The notes under the pieces were generated by a model. The model saw nothing but the letters and a program-made list of their open reading frames with translations, did no database searches and had not been told where the DNA came from. This document shows, one piece after another, positions 47,779 to 61,548 of a stretch of 64,000 nt of DNA. Made by a program: the position numbers and the translations under genes. Location of the stretch: positions 868,001 to 932,000 of the forward strand of contig JAUPSS010000004.1 of assembly GCA_040285825.1 (NCBI GenBank). Reading direction: 5' to 3'. Numbering within the stretch: position 1 is the stretch's first letter; each line of letters starts with the position of its first letter. This DNA is from Eukaryota sp. TZLM1-RC (taxonomy: Eukaryota > Protista > Metamonada: BaSk clade).

Positions 47779-48454
47779 TTTGGGACAATTATTATAACAA
47801 TTGTGTTGTCAAAGTCCGTGCTATGGTCATTTGTGTAGTCATTGGTATGATTGATTGAATGATTTTCGATTTGGAATCTAAGTGCCACTTTTGCAAGGGC
47901 TCATCTTTAACAATGATCGTCTTGAAAAAAAGGGAAGAAGCAAAGCATCACTTATTTATTATAACATTTATTAAATACACCCAGTCATATGAAAATTACT
48001 AATGAAAACACATTTGGTGACAAAATACTTTGAAATACAAAACAACCTAATAACTTGCATGGATGTTGATTAGAGCCATATCTGTTTTTAGTAACCCCTT
48101 CCAACTCCACTACATTAATACAGACGACTGGTGAACAAATAAAATTATCTATAAGGGACTGTAAACTGTATAACGCTGACGATACTAACGATGTTGAGTT
48201 ACTTAGGGTATTCGCAGATAGTGATTCAGGTAAACATGTCATCGAAGAAATCTTTAGCGAGTGTAATACTGCTCAAGGAACCTTCTGTACTGAGAAATGG
48301 TTTGGTGGAGATACTACCGATGAACCACTCCATTCTATAAGATACTCAGAAGTGTATCAACGATTTGATAAGAAACCAAAAGAAGATAACGAAAAATCTA
48401 TTGAATCCAACAACGCAGCTCGCCCTCGCCCCGTGCCTCAGCAAAAGCGTCATC

Positions 48455-48513
48455 CGTTTTTGCTAAATCTTTGCTAAATCTTTGCTAAATCTTCCAGTTT
48501 TGCGGACGCTCTA
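48455..48513 (-). mobile_element. Probable hAT-type terminus (TAGAGCGTCCGCAAAACTGGAA) with three tttagcaaa subterminal repeats; other end not found
   Basis: The same 22-mer (1 mismatch) occurs at 2518-2539; the repeats resemble those at 26742-26799. Confidence 0.5.
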
Positions 48514-48515
48514 AG

Positions 48516-48761
48516 TCACCATATAGCATATCTAGAGTCGCCACCTAGCTTAACAACCTCAACATTTGGGAAAAATGATAATAATTGTGGATCATAATCA
48601 ACTTCATCATAGTAAACATCAAGTTTTTTAATTCTAGTATTAATTACTTTGAGGCCAATATAATCAGCAGATATTTGAAATTTTAAATCACAAATACTTT
48701 CGTTTAAATTTAAATCTTGAGGATCTTTTAAAAACAACTTCTTTTTGAATTGTATGATCAT
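48516..48761 (-). pseudogene. Fragment of the RCC1-family gene C-terminal region (paralogue of 2315-2575)
   Basis: LKDPQDLNLNESICDLKFQISADYIGLKVINTRIKKLDVYYDEVDYDPQL is near-identical to ORF 2084-2587. Confidence 0.85.
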
Positions 48762-51594
48762 TGATTAAGTCTTTTTCTTTTTCTTAATGTATCACACCTT
48801 TCTTGAAATCCTTCTCATGACTATCGTTCTTCCTCGTCATGCTATAGATTCACACTATAGATACATTAAAAATAAAGATAGGTTAAGTCTCATCACATTT
48901 TTAATTGAAATCTCAGGGCCAGTATTAAACATTCCGCTTATATCTCATCTGGAAGCACATTCTGGCGAAGGAAACAGCTGTCTTTCAGTGATACAACATG
49001 ACTGTTCAATTAAAGATGAAGAATTGGTTAGACATTGATTCGATCTGAAGCAAATCTGTTTTTGTATAATAAATAGATTATAATTCTGTTTATTACTCAA
49101 TAATCAGGTTGTTGTTGCTGTTAAATGATATCGTATTTGATCCTGGTTGCGACACTGGTCTTGTATCTGAATGAATAGACCAACAGACATTTCATATAGT
49201 ATTTTCGTTCATTTGTCAGATATCAGTAACGATTACACGTGGAAGTCCCATTGTAATGAGTGGCTGAGTGCAATTTACTTTAATGATGATTTAAGTGGTA
49301 AATTGAATCACATTGGCGAAAAACCTCACCTTGTTTGATCATAGGAACATTATCATAAACAAATTATTATTGAACAAATCAGTTTAACTGAAATACAGTC
49401 TTTTCTAGAACCAAGCAAAAGCAGCTTCGCACAGTAAGAATTGGTTATGAGTGTGTAGGATTTTGGTTTGGGACTTCAATTCTGACAAATTTGAAAGAGC
49501 CATCTTGACTCAACTCAGCTCATGTTTGCTAAACGATAAGCTTGATGGACAGCCCATTTCTGAGTACACCATGTGAACGTCGAGTTGAAGCTAATAGAAA
49601 AAAAGAGCAACAATTGAAATGCAGCTTAACTGAATGTTCTGTTCACAATAAGCATGAAATTCATGTGTCTTTTTGATTTCAGACTCATTGACTCCTCATT
49701 TGGTATGTAAGAAGTCCCTCAAATAAACTCTCATGAAGAAGTGGGGTTGAAATTCTTTTGATATGCTCTCACACTGTATCTATTGGTATGTTTGTTTCAA
49801 TTAGTTCGTCATAAATGGCCTTTTTATCATCTTGTATTATCTTATGTAGCACAAATACTCCACTAATAAGGTTAACTGGTTCTACAGCAAATAGCTTTTG
49901 ACATTGTTTTGACATTTTTGATTTGGTCTGCATCGAATGAATGTACATATCTCTGTTAAACTTTGGTTTCCTTATTGAATGGGATCTAACCCCACAAGAG
50001 CATCCTTTGCATATAGTTTTCATCAATACTTTCTGATGGACCATTGTTATGATTCTTTTGTTTTTCTTAAAAGAGGGGACATCTGTTTTTTCATTCCACA
50101 TAAATGCCAGAAGTAAATGACTTGGTTCCACGTCATCAAAATACATTATTGCTTACGCTTTGCTTGACACCAATGGTGTCCAGGTTTTGTAATTCAGTTA
50201 GAGGTGTTTTGTTCATCTAGGTGTTGGTGTTATCTTTATTGGTGAATTTTTCGGGTGTCTTTGGTGCCTCCGTACTGGTATGTTAGGACATTCAATTATA
50301 TTTGTCACTTCGATTCGCACTGCAAATTTTTCTTTTTACAACCTTTGTAGTGTGTTAGGGGTTCTACAATCGAATGGTTTTTTTCTAGAGAATCTTTTAG
50401 TTCAATTACATTCAATCTTCTTCTAAACACTATAATATAATCTATTATTGTTTATGGCCTTATTTAGTGTCTTTCTTTGATAAACACCTGTTTAAAATGA
50501 ATAAATTTAAAGACAACTTGTTCAATGACACCAGATTCCTATAAATAATAAGTACAAATAACAGACTTTTTGACAGAAAATTTGTTAGTAGCAGAATAAA
50601 AATAACCAAGAACAGAAACTACAAGCCACTAAACAACATCTATTACTGAAAAGGAAGAAACACTGATGAAATAAACCAATATATGAATTATTCAAAGCAA
50701 CCCACTTGTTCTGTCACATTGTGCTTGTTGAGAAGCAGTAATCCTCCACCAGTTGTAAAAAAACAATTATTCAACAAATAGAATCAACAGCTATAATGTT
50801 ACTTATTGAAGAAAGAATAAAGCTAAAACTGTTGATCAAAACTGTTGCTTGGAATGTTGGACAGAAGATATTTACCATGTTTTGAAAACAAATTTTCAAA
50901 AAACACCCTCTTCTAAGTTTAATGCATTAAAAGTTAAAAAAATTCCAACAATTGTAGATAATTTTAAGTTATGTCCTAACAGTAGTCATTCCCATTTCTG
51001 TTTTAGAATTTTTTTCATAATGATATCACCATTGTTTAATTGATTATTATGTTACATTGCATTGGTTGACCTCTTTTTATTGTACATATCTGGTATTTTG
51101 CATAATCCAAAAAACAAAACGAGATCAGTTTTACACATGAAAAACTTAACATGTATTCTTTCAGGGATTTGTTGCAGTAATTTTAGTAACCCTTAAATTT
51201 AATAGTTTACATTAAAGTTAAAGTGTCGGAAATATACAATAAAATAACACAATTTTTGAACCAATTGCTAATCAAAAATTCTAATTTCAATTTGAGAATT
51301 ATGAAAGTTTAAATATTAGCTGTCAAATAGAAAAGGTCTTGATTGAAATGATCTCAAACCTTACATTCAATGAACAAAAAGTTTGATGTCAAGAACTTAA
51401 AAAAAAATCAAATTTAAAACCAAAACATTGCTTTTTGAATTAAATTTTTGTTGGAATTTTCCAGGCAAATGTTGCAAAGTACACAACATTGAATCTTACG
51501 ATGTTGAAGATAGTAGGATACATGGATGATATCTCAATTATTGGTCCATTAAATGTTTTAAATGAAATAACTTCTGAAGCCTCATTTTTTTTCA

Positions 51595-51807
51595 CGTTTT
51601 TACCAAAAAGCTGCTGAATTGGGTAATGAGTATGGAATGTTTAATTTAGGTAATCGTTATGAACACGGTAAAGGTGTACCTCAAGACCTTCACCAAGCTA
51701 TTGAATGGTACGAAAAGGTCAAGGATGCTGGTTATCCAGGAGCTGCTAAAAGGGTAGAACGTTGTAAAAGAAAGCTTACCAGAAGTTCAAGAAGTAGAAG
51801 ATTATAA
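51595..51807 (+). pseudogene. Sel1-repeat gene 3' fragment (duplicate)
   Basis: Copy of 34750-34962. Confidence 0.85.
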
Positions 51808-52239
51808 GGTACTGTGGTCTATTCAATAAATAACTTTGTTTATTAATGTTTTCTTTTAGTCATAGATGAAGCTTACGTCATGACGTCATAAAAAATCATG
51901 AATTTTGTATTTTTTTAACCATTTTATTCTACCGAGAAACTAAACAACAAAATTAAAATTCTCTCTGCACAACACATATCAGCCAAAAAGAATTGACTAA
52001 AAGTTTTTCCTTCCTAAAAACGACCAAGAAATAATAAAGCAGAAGACATATAGAGAACAACACCTTTAAAAATTGAAAACACAATTCTGTTCTGCCAAAA
52101 TTCTTCCTGTACGTTGTTTTACAATTTCAAATAAATTATCCAAAAAAGATAAAGCAAGTGGTCCAAGCGTTCAATGTAGGGAAAAGGCAAATGGACAAAG
52201 GACTCAATGAGTGTAAAATTCAGCATTCGAGGAAACCAA

Positions 52240-55200
52240 TTTTGCCTTATATTTATCAATTTTAGTGTTTTCGGCAACAGCCAACAAAACAAAAGAGGTT
52301 CTAACGGATCACTTTGCTTCACACCACTTGATGAAATCAAAATGCAAAATTACCGAAAGCGGGATTTTTAGTTTTGGCCAAGCCAAGTCTTACTTCATAG
52401 TCCAAGCCTTCATATAATTTAACCAGATGGTGCTGAAGCTTTTTCAAGCAAAAACGTAAATTTGGAAGTGATCGGGTGGGAATTTTTTGAACATTTTGAG
52501 GAAAACACTGAATCCAGATATCACTAGGCAAATTATCTAATTCGATTTGAAGTTGATTCAAATAAAAATTTGATTCACCATTGATCAGATGAACATCAAA
52601 AGGAAACCTTTGGAAAAATTCAAAAACAAAATTTTTACCACCTCCCAAAAATGCTGCTTTACACAGAATCGAAGATTTGGTGAATCCAATTCCACCCAAA
52701 TCTGCTGAACAAAATACATGACTTCGAATTAAAGATTCATTTACTTCTAATAAAGAAAAAAAATTTGACTCGAAGTTTGTTAAAAGATCTGCAAAAATTG
52801 AGAGATACCGATGGGGGAGTTGACCTTAAAAGATGAGTGAATTTTCCAGAATAACAAATTTTTAAAATAAAAAATTTGATGTGTTTCTCAATGTCACATT
52901 CAGCAATAAAACTAAGATCCTTGTCAAACTTCTCCAATAAATTGTTTAACTGGGAATAAATTTCATCCAAATTGCCAAGCCAACATCCAAGAAACTTAAA
53001 AGCTTGTTGGTCATAATTGATAAAAGGAATCTGAGTTCCACCAATCATCAAAGATTGTTTTTCTCTACCAATCAAGAGACATTTAGATGGGTTCAAAGCT
53101 AATCCAATTTCTTTGTATTTCGCCGCAATGTCTTCAGAGACCCAAAAGAACCAATAATAGAAATGTCATCCATATAGGCAACAATACGCAAATCTTTTTT
53201 TTAAAGAACTGGAATATTTATTGAGATAAAAATAACCATCTAGAATTCAATATCCTCCAAACAAGCGTCACTATAACTGAACCTACTCACAGCATTACGT
53301 TCATATTCTACACCAATAGCTAAAAGTGCCTTTGAAATCATTGTTGGAATAGACTTGAAAATGCAAAAAACAATTCTATTTAACCAGAAAGTGGAGTTCA
53401 TTGTTTTACCAGACCTATTCAGTAACACTTTTTTAAAATTTTCCAAAAAGTGCAAGCCTGAAGGTCCAATATTGCCAAAAAGAGAAATTGCAAACGGCAC
53501 AAACTGATATTTCACATGTTCCACTCTACCTAACTGTGCCAAAGGTTCTTCATATTTTTTTATCTTCTTTTTTTCGGCGTTAGATAACGGCGAGTCAGCG
53601 GAATACACTAAACGAGCAGCAGAATTTTTGCAAACATCCACTGAGACAACGTCTACAACATTGAGAACACCAACGATCCCTGGAGCTACTAAATCTGCCC
53701 TTCTTTTACCAAAGGAATCATCAGTTTGATCTGAAGACAGCTTACGTACTAGTGGCTCAATAAATGCCTCTATATTGAAACTTTTGCACATGGCATATAA
53801 TTGATCACGAACTGAGTCGTGAACAAGTGAGCGATAAGTTATGAAATACTTACAGTTTAAAATATGGGAAAGCGTAACAACACTCTTGCAGCGACAAATT
53901 AAATCATTTGGCAATGAACAAGGCCATAGAAAACATCTCAATCTCATTGCAGTGGTCCATTGGTGATCATTAAGTAGAAGGCCGTAAATGTTGGGAATTT
54001 GGGAGATTAAGCAACTTGAGCAACTGTCTTCAAGATCAATCAAAAAGTTTGCAAAAACGGGATTTTTTTCCTTAGCCAAGCTAAGACGTACAATATAATC
54101 CAAGTTTTCTAAAACTTTCAAAATTTTTTTCTGCAATTTTGCAAAAGTCAATGGTAAGGAGAGCAAGCTTCTTGAAGGAAGTTCCACAATATCAGAGGGG
54201 AAACATTTAGCCCAAATATTGGGTGAAAGAGTTTCAATTTCCTGTTGCAAAGAAATAAGATAGGAGCTGCCACAATTTTCAATGAGATGAATTTTTTTCA
54301 GGAAAACGATTCACAAATTCATAAATAAAATTCTTTCCACCTCCAATAAAAGCAGCTTTACAAAGGTAGCTTGACTTATGAAAATCAACACCACCAAAAT
54401 TTGTACCACAAAAAATGTGGCTTCGTAACTGAGATGCATCAATTTCCAATAATTTTGCTAAAAAATTAGTTCTTTGTTCATTAAAAATGCGACAGAACTC
54501 CAAGGAAATTGATGGTGATGTTGATCTCAAAATATGAGTAAATTTTCCAGAATAACACATTTTGAGGAAAAAGAATTTCAAATGTTTCTCAATATTTAAA
54601 TTTTCTATTGATTCTAATTCATTTCCAAATTGAGTCAACAGAGTCGAAAGTTGGCTTTTGACTTCATCAATATTTCCGAGATAACAACCCAAAAAACGAA
54701 AACCAGACTGATCATAATTGATAAAGGGGACATTGACATCATTAATGAAAAAATCAATTGGTTCATGGCCAATAATCAAACATTTGGAGATATTCAATGA
54801 GAGACCAATATCTTCATAACGCTGTTGAATAAAAGTTGCTATTTGTTTCAGAATTGTAATAGGAGCAATTACAGAAATGTCATCCATATATGCTACAATA
54901 TCTATTTCTGGGAACTTTTCTTTCAATTCGCACATTAATGGATGAATTGCCAGACAAAAGAAAAAAGGACCAAGTGGATCACCTTGTTTAACACCTGAAG
55001 ACGAAAGCAGGTCAAAATTTTCATAGACCAATACGCAAATCAGGGAAATCTTGTTGTGTCATTTTCATAATATTATGAATAGCCAAACAAAACAGCAAAG
55101 GGCCAAGAGGATCACCTTGTTTCACACCAGAAGAAGATTCAAGGGTAAAGGAGTCAAAAATTCAGTCTGATTTTTTTCTATAAAATAAATAAAAATATGC

Positions 55201-55540
55201 AGAAAGTTCAGGAAAATCTTGGAGAAGCACATCAAAAAATACAATTACGTTTCACAGAATTGAAAGCATTTTTGAAATCCAAACTGAAAATATATTGATG
55301 TTGTTGACTATTGAAAAAAACATCTGAAGTCATTGAAGCAACAGAAGCACCTTCAACAGTTTTTATACCAAATTGGAAAGGCTTCAAATAGTCCCTTGCT
55401 TTAGTAGAAATTCTGTTAAAAATAAGCGAAGAAAGCAATCTGGTTAAAGACTCTCCAATAGCAATTGGTCTAACTCCATCAGGTTTGTCACCTTTACCAG
55501 GTTTAACTAAAGCAACTAAACTGCAGCAGCCAATTCAGGC
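52240..55540 (-). mobile_element. CRE-like subfamily D copy (duplicate, interrupted by A)
   Basis: Copy of 35395-38690. Confidence 0.9.
53195..55028 (-). mobile_element. CRE-like subfamily A copy (duplicate): RT (YMDD), zinc knuckle, RLE endonuclease
   Basis: TSD caatacgcaaatc at 53182-53194 and 55029-55041; ORFs 54279-55031 and 53240-54250 are separated by a single homopolymer shift absent from unit 1. Confidence 0.95.
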
Positions 55541-55974
55541 GCAAAATCATTGAAATAATGGAAAAGCAAGTTAAAAATTCTGGTTTATTGTTAGATTGTG
55601 ATGTCACTTGAAGGCTCAAATCAGCAGCTGTGTAATGAATGAAGAGTAAATCCACTCCAAGGTGGTGGAAGAAATATTTTATATTTTTTAATTTTGGGGA
55701 AAAAGCTGATAAAAATGATATTTTAACGGACAATTGTTCGAAAACAAAAAACAATTTATTATTAACCTTTATTTATTGGATTTTATTCAACAAAAAATTA
55801 GAAAAACGTTGCAAAATTATTACTGGTTTCGAACATGAGGGTCAATTTGAACCATTTAAAGAGAAAAAGTTTTCGGGAAAAGATGTTGATCAATCTTATT
55901 GTAGTTATTTATTAAACATGCACACTTGACAAAAGAACTCTTAACCAATGGAACGAAATTCATTGAACAGAGTA

Positions 55975-57850
55975 TTCCTCTACAGAATCTTGATCTGCTT
56001 GCTGTCTAGCTAAGGTCTCTTACAGCATCATGAACCTTGCTTCTAAAAGTAATAAAATTTTTACAATTTAACAAATGAGTAATTGTAATTTTTCGAGAAC
56101 ATTTACAAATTAAATTATGAGGTTAATTTTTAGGCCAGATAAAGAAACGAAATCTCATATTCAGAGTCCAAGCAGAATCGGTTAAGCGAGTACCATAAAC
56201 TTGAGGAATTGTTGTTACTAAGGCAGAAGAAGTACTGTCACACATATCTTGTAAAAGATTTGCAAAAGCGGGATTCTTTTTCTTGGCCAAGCCAAGTCTA
56301 ACATCAAAATCCAAGCTTTCAAAAATCTTTTACAATTTTTGTTGAAGTTTTTTACAGCAAAACTGCAAATTAAAAAGAAAATGGCTTGAAATAAAGTAAT
56401 ATAATGTATACAATTTAACAGATGAGTAATTGAATTTTTCCGAATACATTTACATATGGTGATCAATCCTCATTCCAATTTGAACAATATTTGACTAAAA
56501 CTGAAAATAGATAAATGTAACATTAATAAACAAAGTTATTTATGAAATAAACCACAGTACTTTATAATCTTCTACTTCTTGATCGTCTGGCAAACTTTCT
56601 TTTACAACGTTCTACCCTTTCAGCAGCTTTGGAAAAACCAGACTTCTTGGCCTTTTCGTACTATTTAATAGCTTGGTGAAGGTCTTTAGGTACACTTTTA
56701 CCGTGTTCATAACAATTACCTGAATTAAACATGGCTATTTCGAAGTACCAGATCTCAGTTTGAATTTAAGTGATCATTTGATATAGTTTGTCTTGGTTGG
56801 TTTTTAAATGCTAATTAATCATCATTTTTTATCAAACAATATTTGACTAAAACAGAAAATAAAAAAATGTAACATTAATAAACAAAGTTATTTATGAAAT
56901 AAACCACAGTACTTTATAATCTTCTACTTCTTGATCGTCTGGCAAACTTTCTTTTTCAACGTTCTACCCAATTCGGCAGCTTTTTGGTAATAAAACACTG
57001 CTTGAGAATAGTCTTGTTTAACACCAATACCATTGAAAAAACAACAACCTAAACAATTCATTGCACTAGCATGACCAGAATCAGCACCTTTTTTGAACCA
57101 ATAAAAAGCCTGTTGATGGTCTTGATCAATATCTTTGCCATCTCTATAACAAACACCTAAATTAAACATAGCTCTACTATTACCAGCTTTAGCTGCCTTG
57201 CTAAACCAATAATAGGCTTGTTGGTAATCCTTTTCTACACCAAGACCATGGTTATAACAACAACCTACTCTATTAATAGCACGAACATGGCCAGCATCAG
57301 CAGCTCTATGGAACCAAAAAAACTGCTTCTTGGTAGTGTTCATTATAATAAAATCCTTTTCCTTTTCATACATTTCTTCAAATATGGACTGCAATTGGGA
57401 ACTAACAGATGAGAATCATCAGGAAATCTACGATAAAATTCATAAATAAAATTCTTGCCTCCATCCAAATTTGCTGAAGAAAATAAGTGACTTATCAACA
57501 TTCCTGGTTCTACATCTAATAAATCAGCCAAAAATTCTGTTCTCAATGAATTAAAGGAACGACAAAAATCTAATGCTATGGAAGGAGCACAAGATTTCCA
57601 AATGTGGGTTATTCTCCGAGTGTAGCAAATTTTAAGCACAAAAATTTAATGTTTTTCTAAATCTGAAGAAGAAATTGAATGAAGTTCAATTTTCCTTTTT
57701 TTTCCAAATAAGCTTGTAATTCATTCTGAAGTTGAGACACATTTGTTAACCAGCAACCAAGAAACTTAAAAGCATCACTACTATAATTAGTAAAAGGGAC
57801 AATAGAATCGTTTATCACTAGATCTTTAGCAGAAGGCACATGCCAATCAG
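55975..57850 (-). other. Duplicate of the CRE/Sel1 patchwork
   Basis: Copy of 39128-41000. Confidence 0.8.
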
Positions 57851-60278
57851 AAGGCATGTGCTCGCATCACCATTTACACCATCAATTGTATTTTGCAGCA
57901 ATAATTCCTCAGCTGACCGTGAAGCCCTTTGAGTCATATGAAGATTAAGTTTACGTCCTTTCTGTCTCACAGATTGAGTTAACGGTTAACATTCAATGAA
58001 CTCCTTGAATATTACATCTTGTTTTGTATCAATCGGTACAGAAGTTGAATCAACACTGAGTGAATAACTACATTTATGCATAGTTTTGGGTTTTCTAATA
58101 GCTTTTGAGGTTATTTTTCCCCTTTTTCCTCAGTAGCAGGTTCTTGTCTTACAATTTTTGCTGTTGACTTTCTTTTTTCTGGGTTGACTTTCTAGTCTTG
58201 TTCCAGACTGTAGGTACTCTTCAACATCTTTGGTTCTAGCTTTTTTGCACCTTCAAAATTAAGTGATTTGGTCAAAGCATCTAAATAGTAAAAACATTTC
58301 GTATTATTAAAATTTAAATGAACACTAGAGGCCGGAACATTACTAGAGCGAGTGGCACATGTGTCAATAGAACTAGTGGAATCAAAAAAAACCAACAAGT
58401 GCATAGTCTTTGAATCTTTGACAAAAAAATTAACCAATGAAAAAAGGGAGTATTTATTGATGCAGATAAAATTAGCAAAGGATGTAATTTCTGAAAGAAT
58501 AATGTTTGACCCATTGAGAAATGAATTATCAGTAAATGACATTATTCATAGTCAAAGTAGTTTTGGTTAATTCAAAATGACCATCAGCAGCATAACGAAG
58601 AAAAACAGTTTCTAAATAAATAATAAAATCAGTAGTAAAAATTGAAACATCAAAAGCAACAATATGGTTAACAAGAGCAATAAGAGATGAATTATTAATA
58701 CCAACAAGAGTCAACATTAGTAAAAAAACAACTACATGGTTAATACCAACAAGAGTTTGGGATAAATGACCAATAGGTGAGGAATCAGACTAAATAACTT
58801 CTGAATTATCAACAGTAAATAGGGGATCAGCAAATGAACAAATTACAGTGATAGTAGAGGTAGTGGTGACGTGGGTAGTGGAGGTGGGGGTGGTGTGGGT
58901 TAAAAAATCAGTGATGGTGTAACAACATTGGTGGAACAACATTTGAAGAAAGATAAACATGATAAGGGCTTGGCGAAGTATTGGAAAAAATGGGGGTGTA
59001 ATCATTTTGGTATGAAATTTGTATGAGTCTTTTGACAACACTACTGTGAGTGCAAATTAATGAAATTGATTAATTAGTTGATCAATTAATTGAATTACGG
59101 TGGCGTGACATCATGTTTTCCTTATTTTGTGACCCTTGCTCGTAACAGCTGAAGATTTATTGGATAAAAATCATTGAATATTATTACCCAACCAGCAGTT
59201 TGTGAAAATCTTTTGGTCTCGTTTGCACCATGCCACCATGTCAATTGAATTTACTTACAATACTAAATTCACCACTCTATCACTCTAAAAGTTTCCTGAT
59301 TTTCTGGTTAGCATTAGATGGTGATGATGAATTTGTTATCATTTACGTATACTAAAATTGAACATCACACCTCCAGCACAAAAACAGGACTTGTTCAAAT
59401 GGGGGGATGTTGTCCATTCAATCAATGGTGGTTTTGACACATATTTGTATTTTCTTTATTGTTTTGATGACCAATGATATTATTGACAATAAACACGTTT
59501 ATTCTTGGAACAGACACATTTTAAAACTCAACTGAAAACCTTAACTAATGCTTTTACCTATTCAAACCCCATCAGTTGAATGACGGGAGTATTTGGTCGT
59601 TCACTTGAAGTACAACTCGCTTGTTGTAAAACTCCGTAATGTTATTACAATGAAATAAATATAACCAGAAAGAGCTTTCAATAACGAAAAAATGATATTG
59701 TTTTTCCAAACCAAAAAATCGAAAATGCGACCAGTTTCCTTGAGAAGTTTTCCTAATTCATTTAAAAAATTGAGACCATTAGTATAAAGAGTATCAATAA
59801 TAGAAATAGCAATTGGGACAAATTTGATGTTTCTACCTCTTGCTCGATTAAGACGTTGTAGAAGGGCTACTTGCTTTGATTTCTTGAAAAGCTCTGGAAC
59901 TTTGAGTAAATTTCGAATGTCAGAAGTGGAACTTGTTTTCCCTGTGATGCCGTTAGGCAGATGAACACACGAGGGAGAAAGAGAAATCTAAGTTTATTAA
60001 TAAAACTGTTTCATAAACGAGTATCACGTCATCAGTCAAAATACAAAGATACCTACTGATTCAATTTGAGTTCGACAATAACACCTGGAGATACGGTAGT
60101 TCAATCGATAGTTAGTTCAGCTCCATCAAACCATGAACATTGAACGTCACCTCGTTTTGATGTTATTTACATCTACATAGCATTTTATGGTGTTAAAAAC
60201 TCAAATATTATCAAATTACCAACCCATAATTGATACCTGCGAACCTCATTTAAATTTACATATTGTGGTAACAAGTCG

Positions 60279-61548
60279 TGAGAACAGAATTTTTTGCTGA
60301 TTTATTGGATGTAGAACCAGGAATGTTGAAAGGCCATTTATTTTCTTCAGCAAATTTGGGTGGTATTGGTTTTACTAAATCTTCAATTTTGTGTCAATCA
60401 GCATTCTTGGGTGGTGGCAAAAATTTTATTTATGAATTTTCTCGTAGATTTCCTGATGATTCTCATCTGTTAGTCCCCAATTGTAGTCCCTATTTGTATG
60501 AGTTATCTTGTGAACTTGAAAAATTACCGCCACAAATTTGGACCAAATGTTTTCCTCAATCAATTCAAGAAATTCCAAACCGTTCTCTATTTAATTTACA
60601 GTTTTGCTGTAAAAAGCTTCAACAAAAATTGTCAAAGATTTTTGAAAGCTTGGATTTTGATGTTAGACTTGGCTTGGCCAAGAAAAAAAGAATCCCGCTT
60701 TTGCAAATCTTTTTACAAGATATGTGTGACAGTACTTCTTCTGCCTTAGTAACAACAATTCCACAAGTTTATGGTACTCTCTTATCCGATTCTGCTTGGA
60801 CTCTGAATATGAGATTTCGTTCCTTTATCTGGCCTGATAATTTACCTCATAATTTAATTTGTAAATGTTCTCGAGAAATTACAACTACTCATTTGTTAAA
60901 TTGTAAACATTTTATTACTTTTTAGAAGCAAGGTTCATGATGCTGTAAGAGACCAGTTATATTGTATGTGTAAATCTCATAGAATTGAATCCTTCTTGGA
61001 ACCTCTGTTGTCAAATCTGTTTGATGCTGAAAATGATTTTCATAAGAATGATAGAGGTGATGTCATATTTCCTGGATTAGATGGAAGCTTTATTTTATTG
61101 GATGTAATGTCTGTTGATCCTTGTAATGCCTCAAATGAAAGGCTTGTTAATTCTGAAATTCATAATCCCCTTTCAAATGCTGAAAATTTTAAATTCAAAA
61201 AATACAATGAACTTTTGTCCAAATTGGCCAGTCTACAGCATGCAAAATACAATTTGTATCCATTTGTATTTTCCCTTTTTGGTTCACTTGCACCAACTGC
61301 TTTACGTTTTTTGGATGATTTTGAAATGATTGTAAAGAGAAGAACTGGCAGAAATTTCAACAGATTGTTTTGGCAAAATAGAATTGTGTTTTCTATTTTT
61401 AAGGGGATGTTGAAGATGGTTTCTGGTGCTTTGCTTTCTCTTGGATCTCACTATGAGAGAGTTGCATCTAGTGTTTTTGTTTTGGGAGAGATGGATTTAT
61501 TAGATGTTGATTTATAGGTTTAGAATAAAATTAAATTTTAAAAAAAAA
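60279..61548 (+). mobile_element. CRE-like subfamily C copy (duplicate)
   Basis: ORFs 60278-60925 and 60966-61517; polyA at 61540-61548. Confidence 0.9.

Larger units (their letters stand above)
34750..51594 (+). repeat. Unit 1 of a ~16.85-kb direct tandem duplication
   Basis: cgtttttaccaaaaagctgctgaattggg begins at 34750 and 51595; colinear to the window end (64000 corresponds to 47153). Confidence 0.95.

Noticed and set aside
48790-51590. Short ORFs such as 49769-50146
   Set aside because: Stop-riddled with no motifs; no function can be supported.
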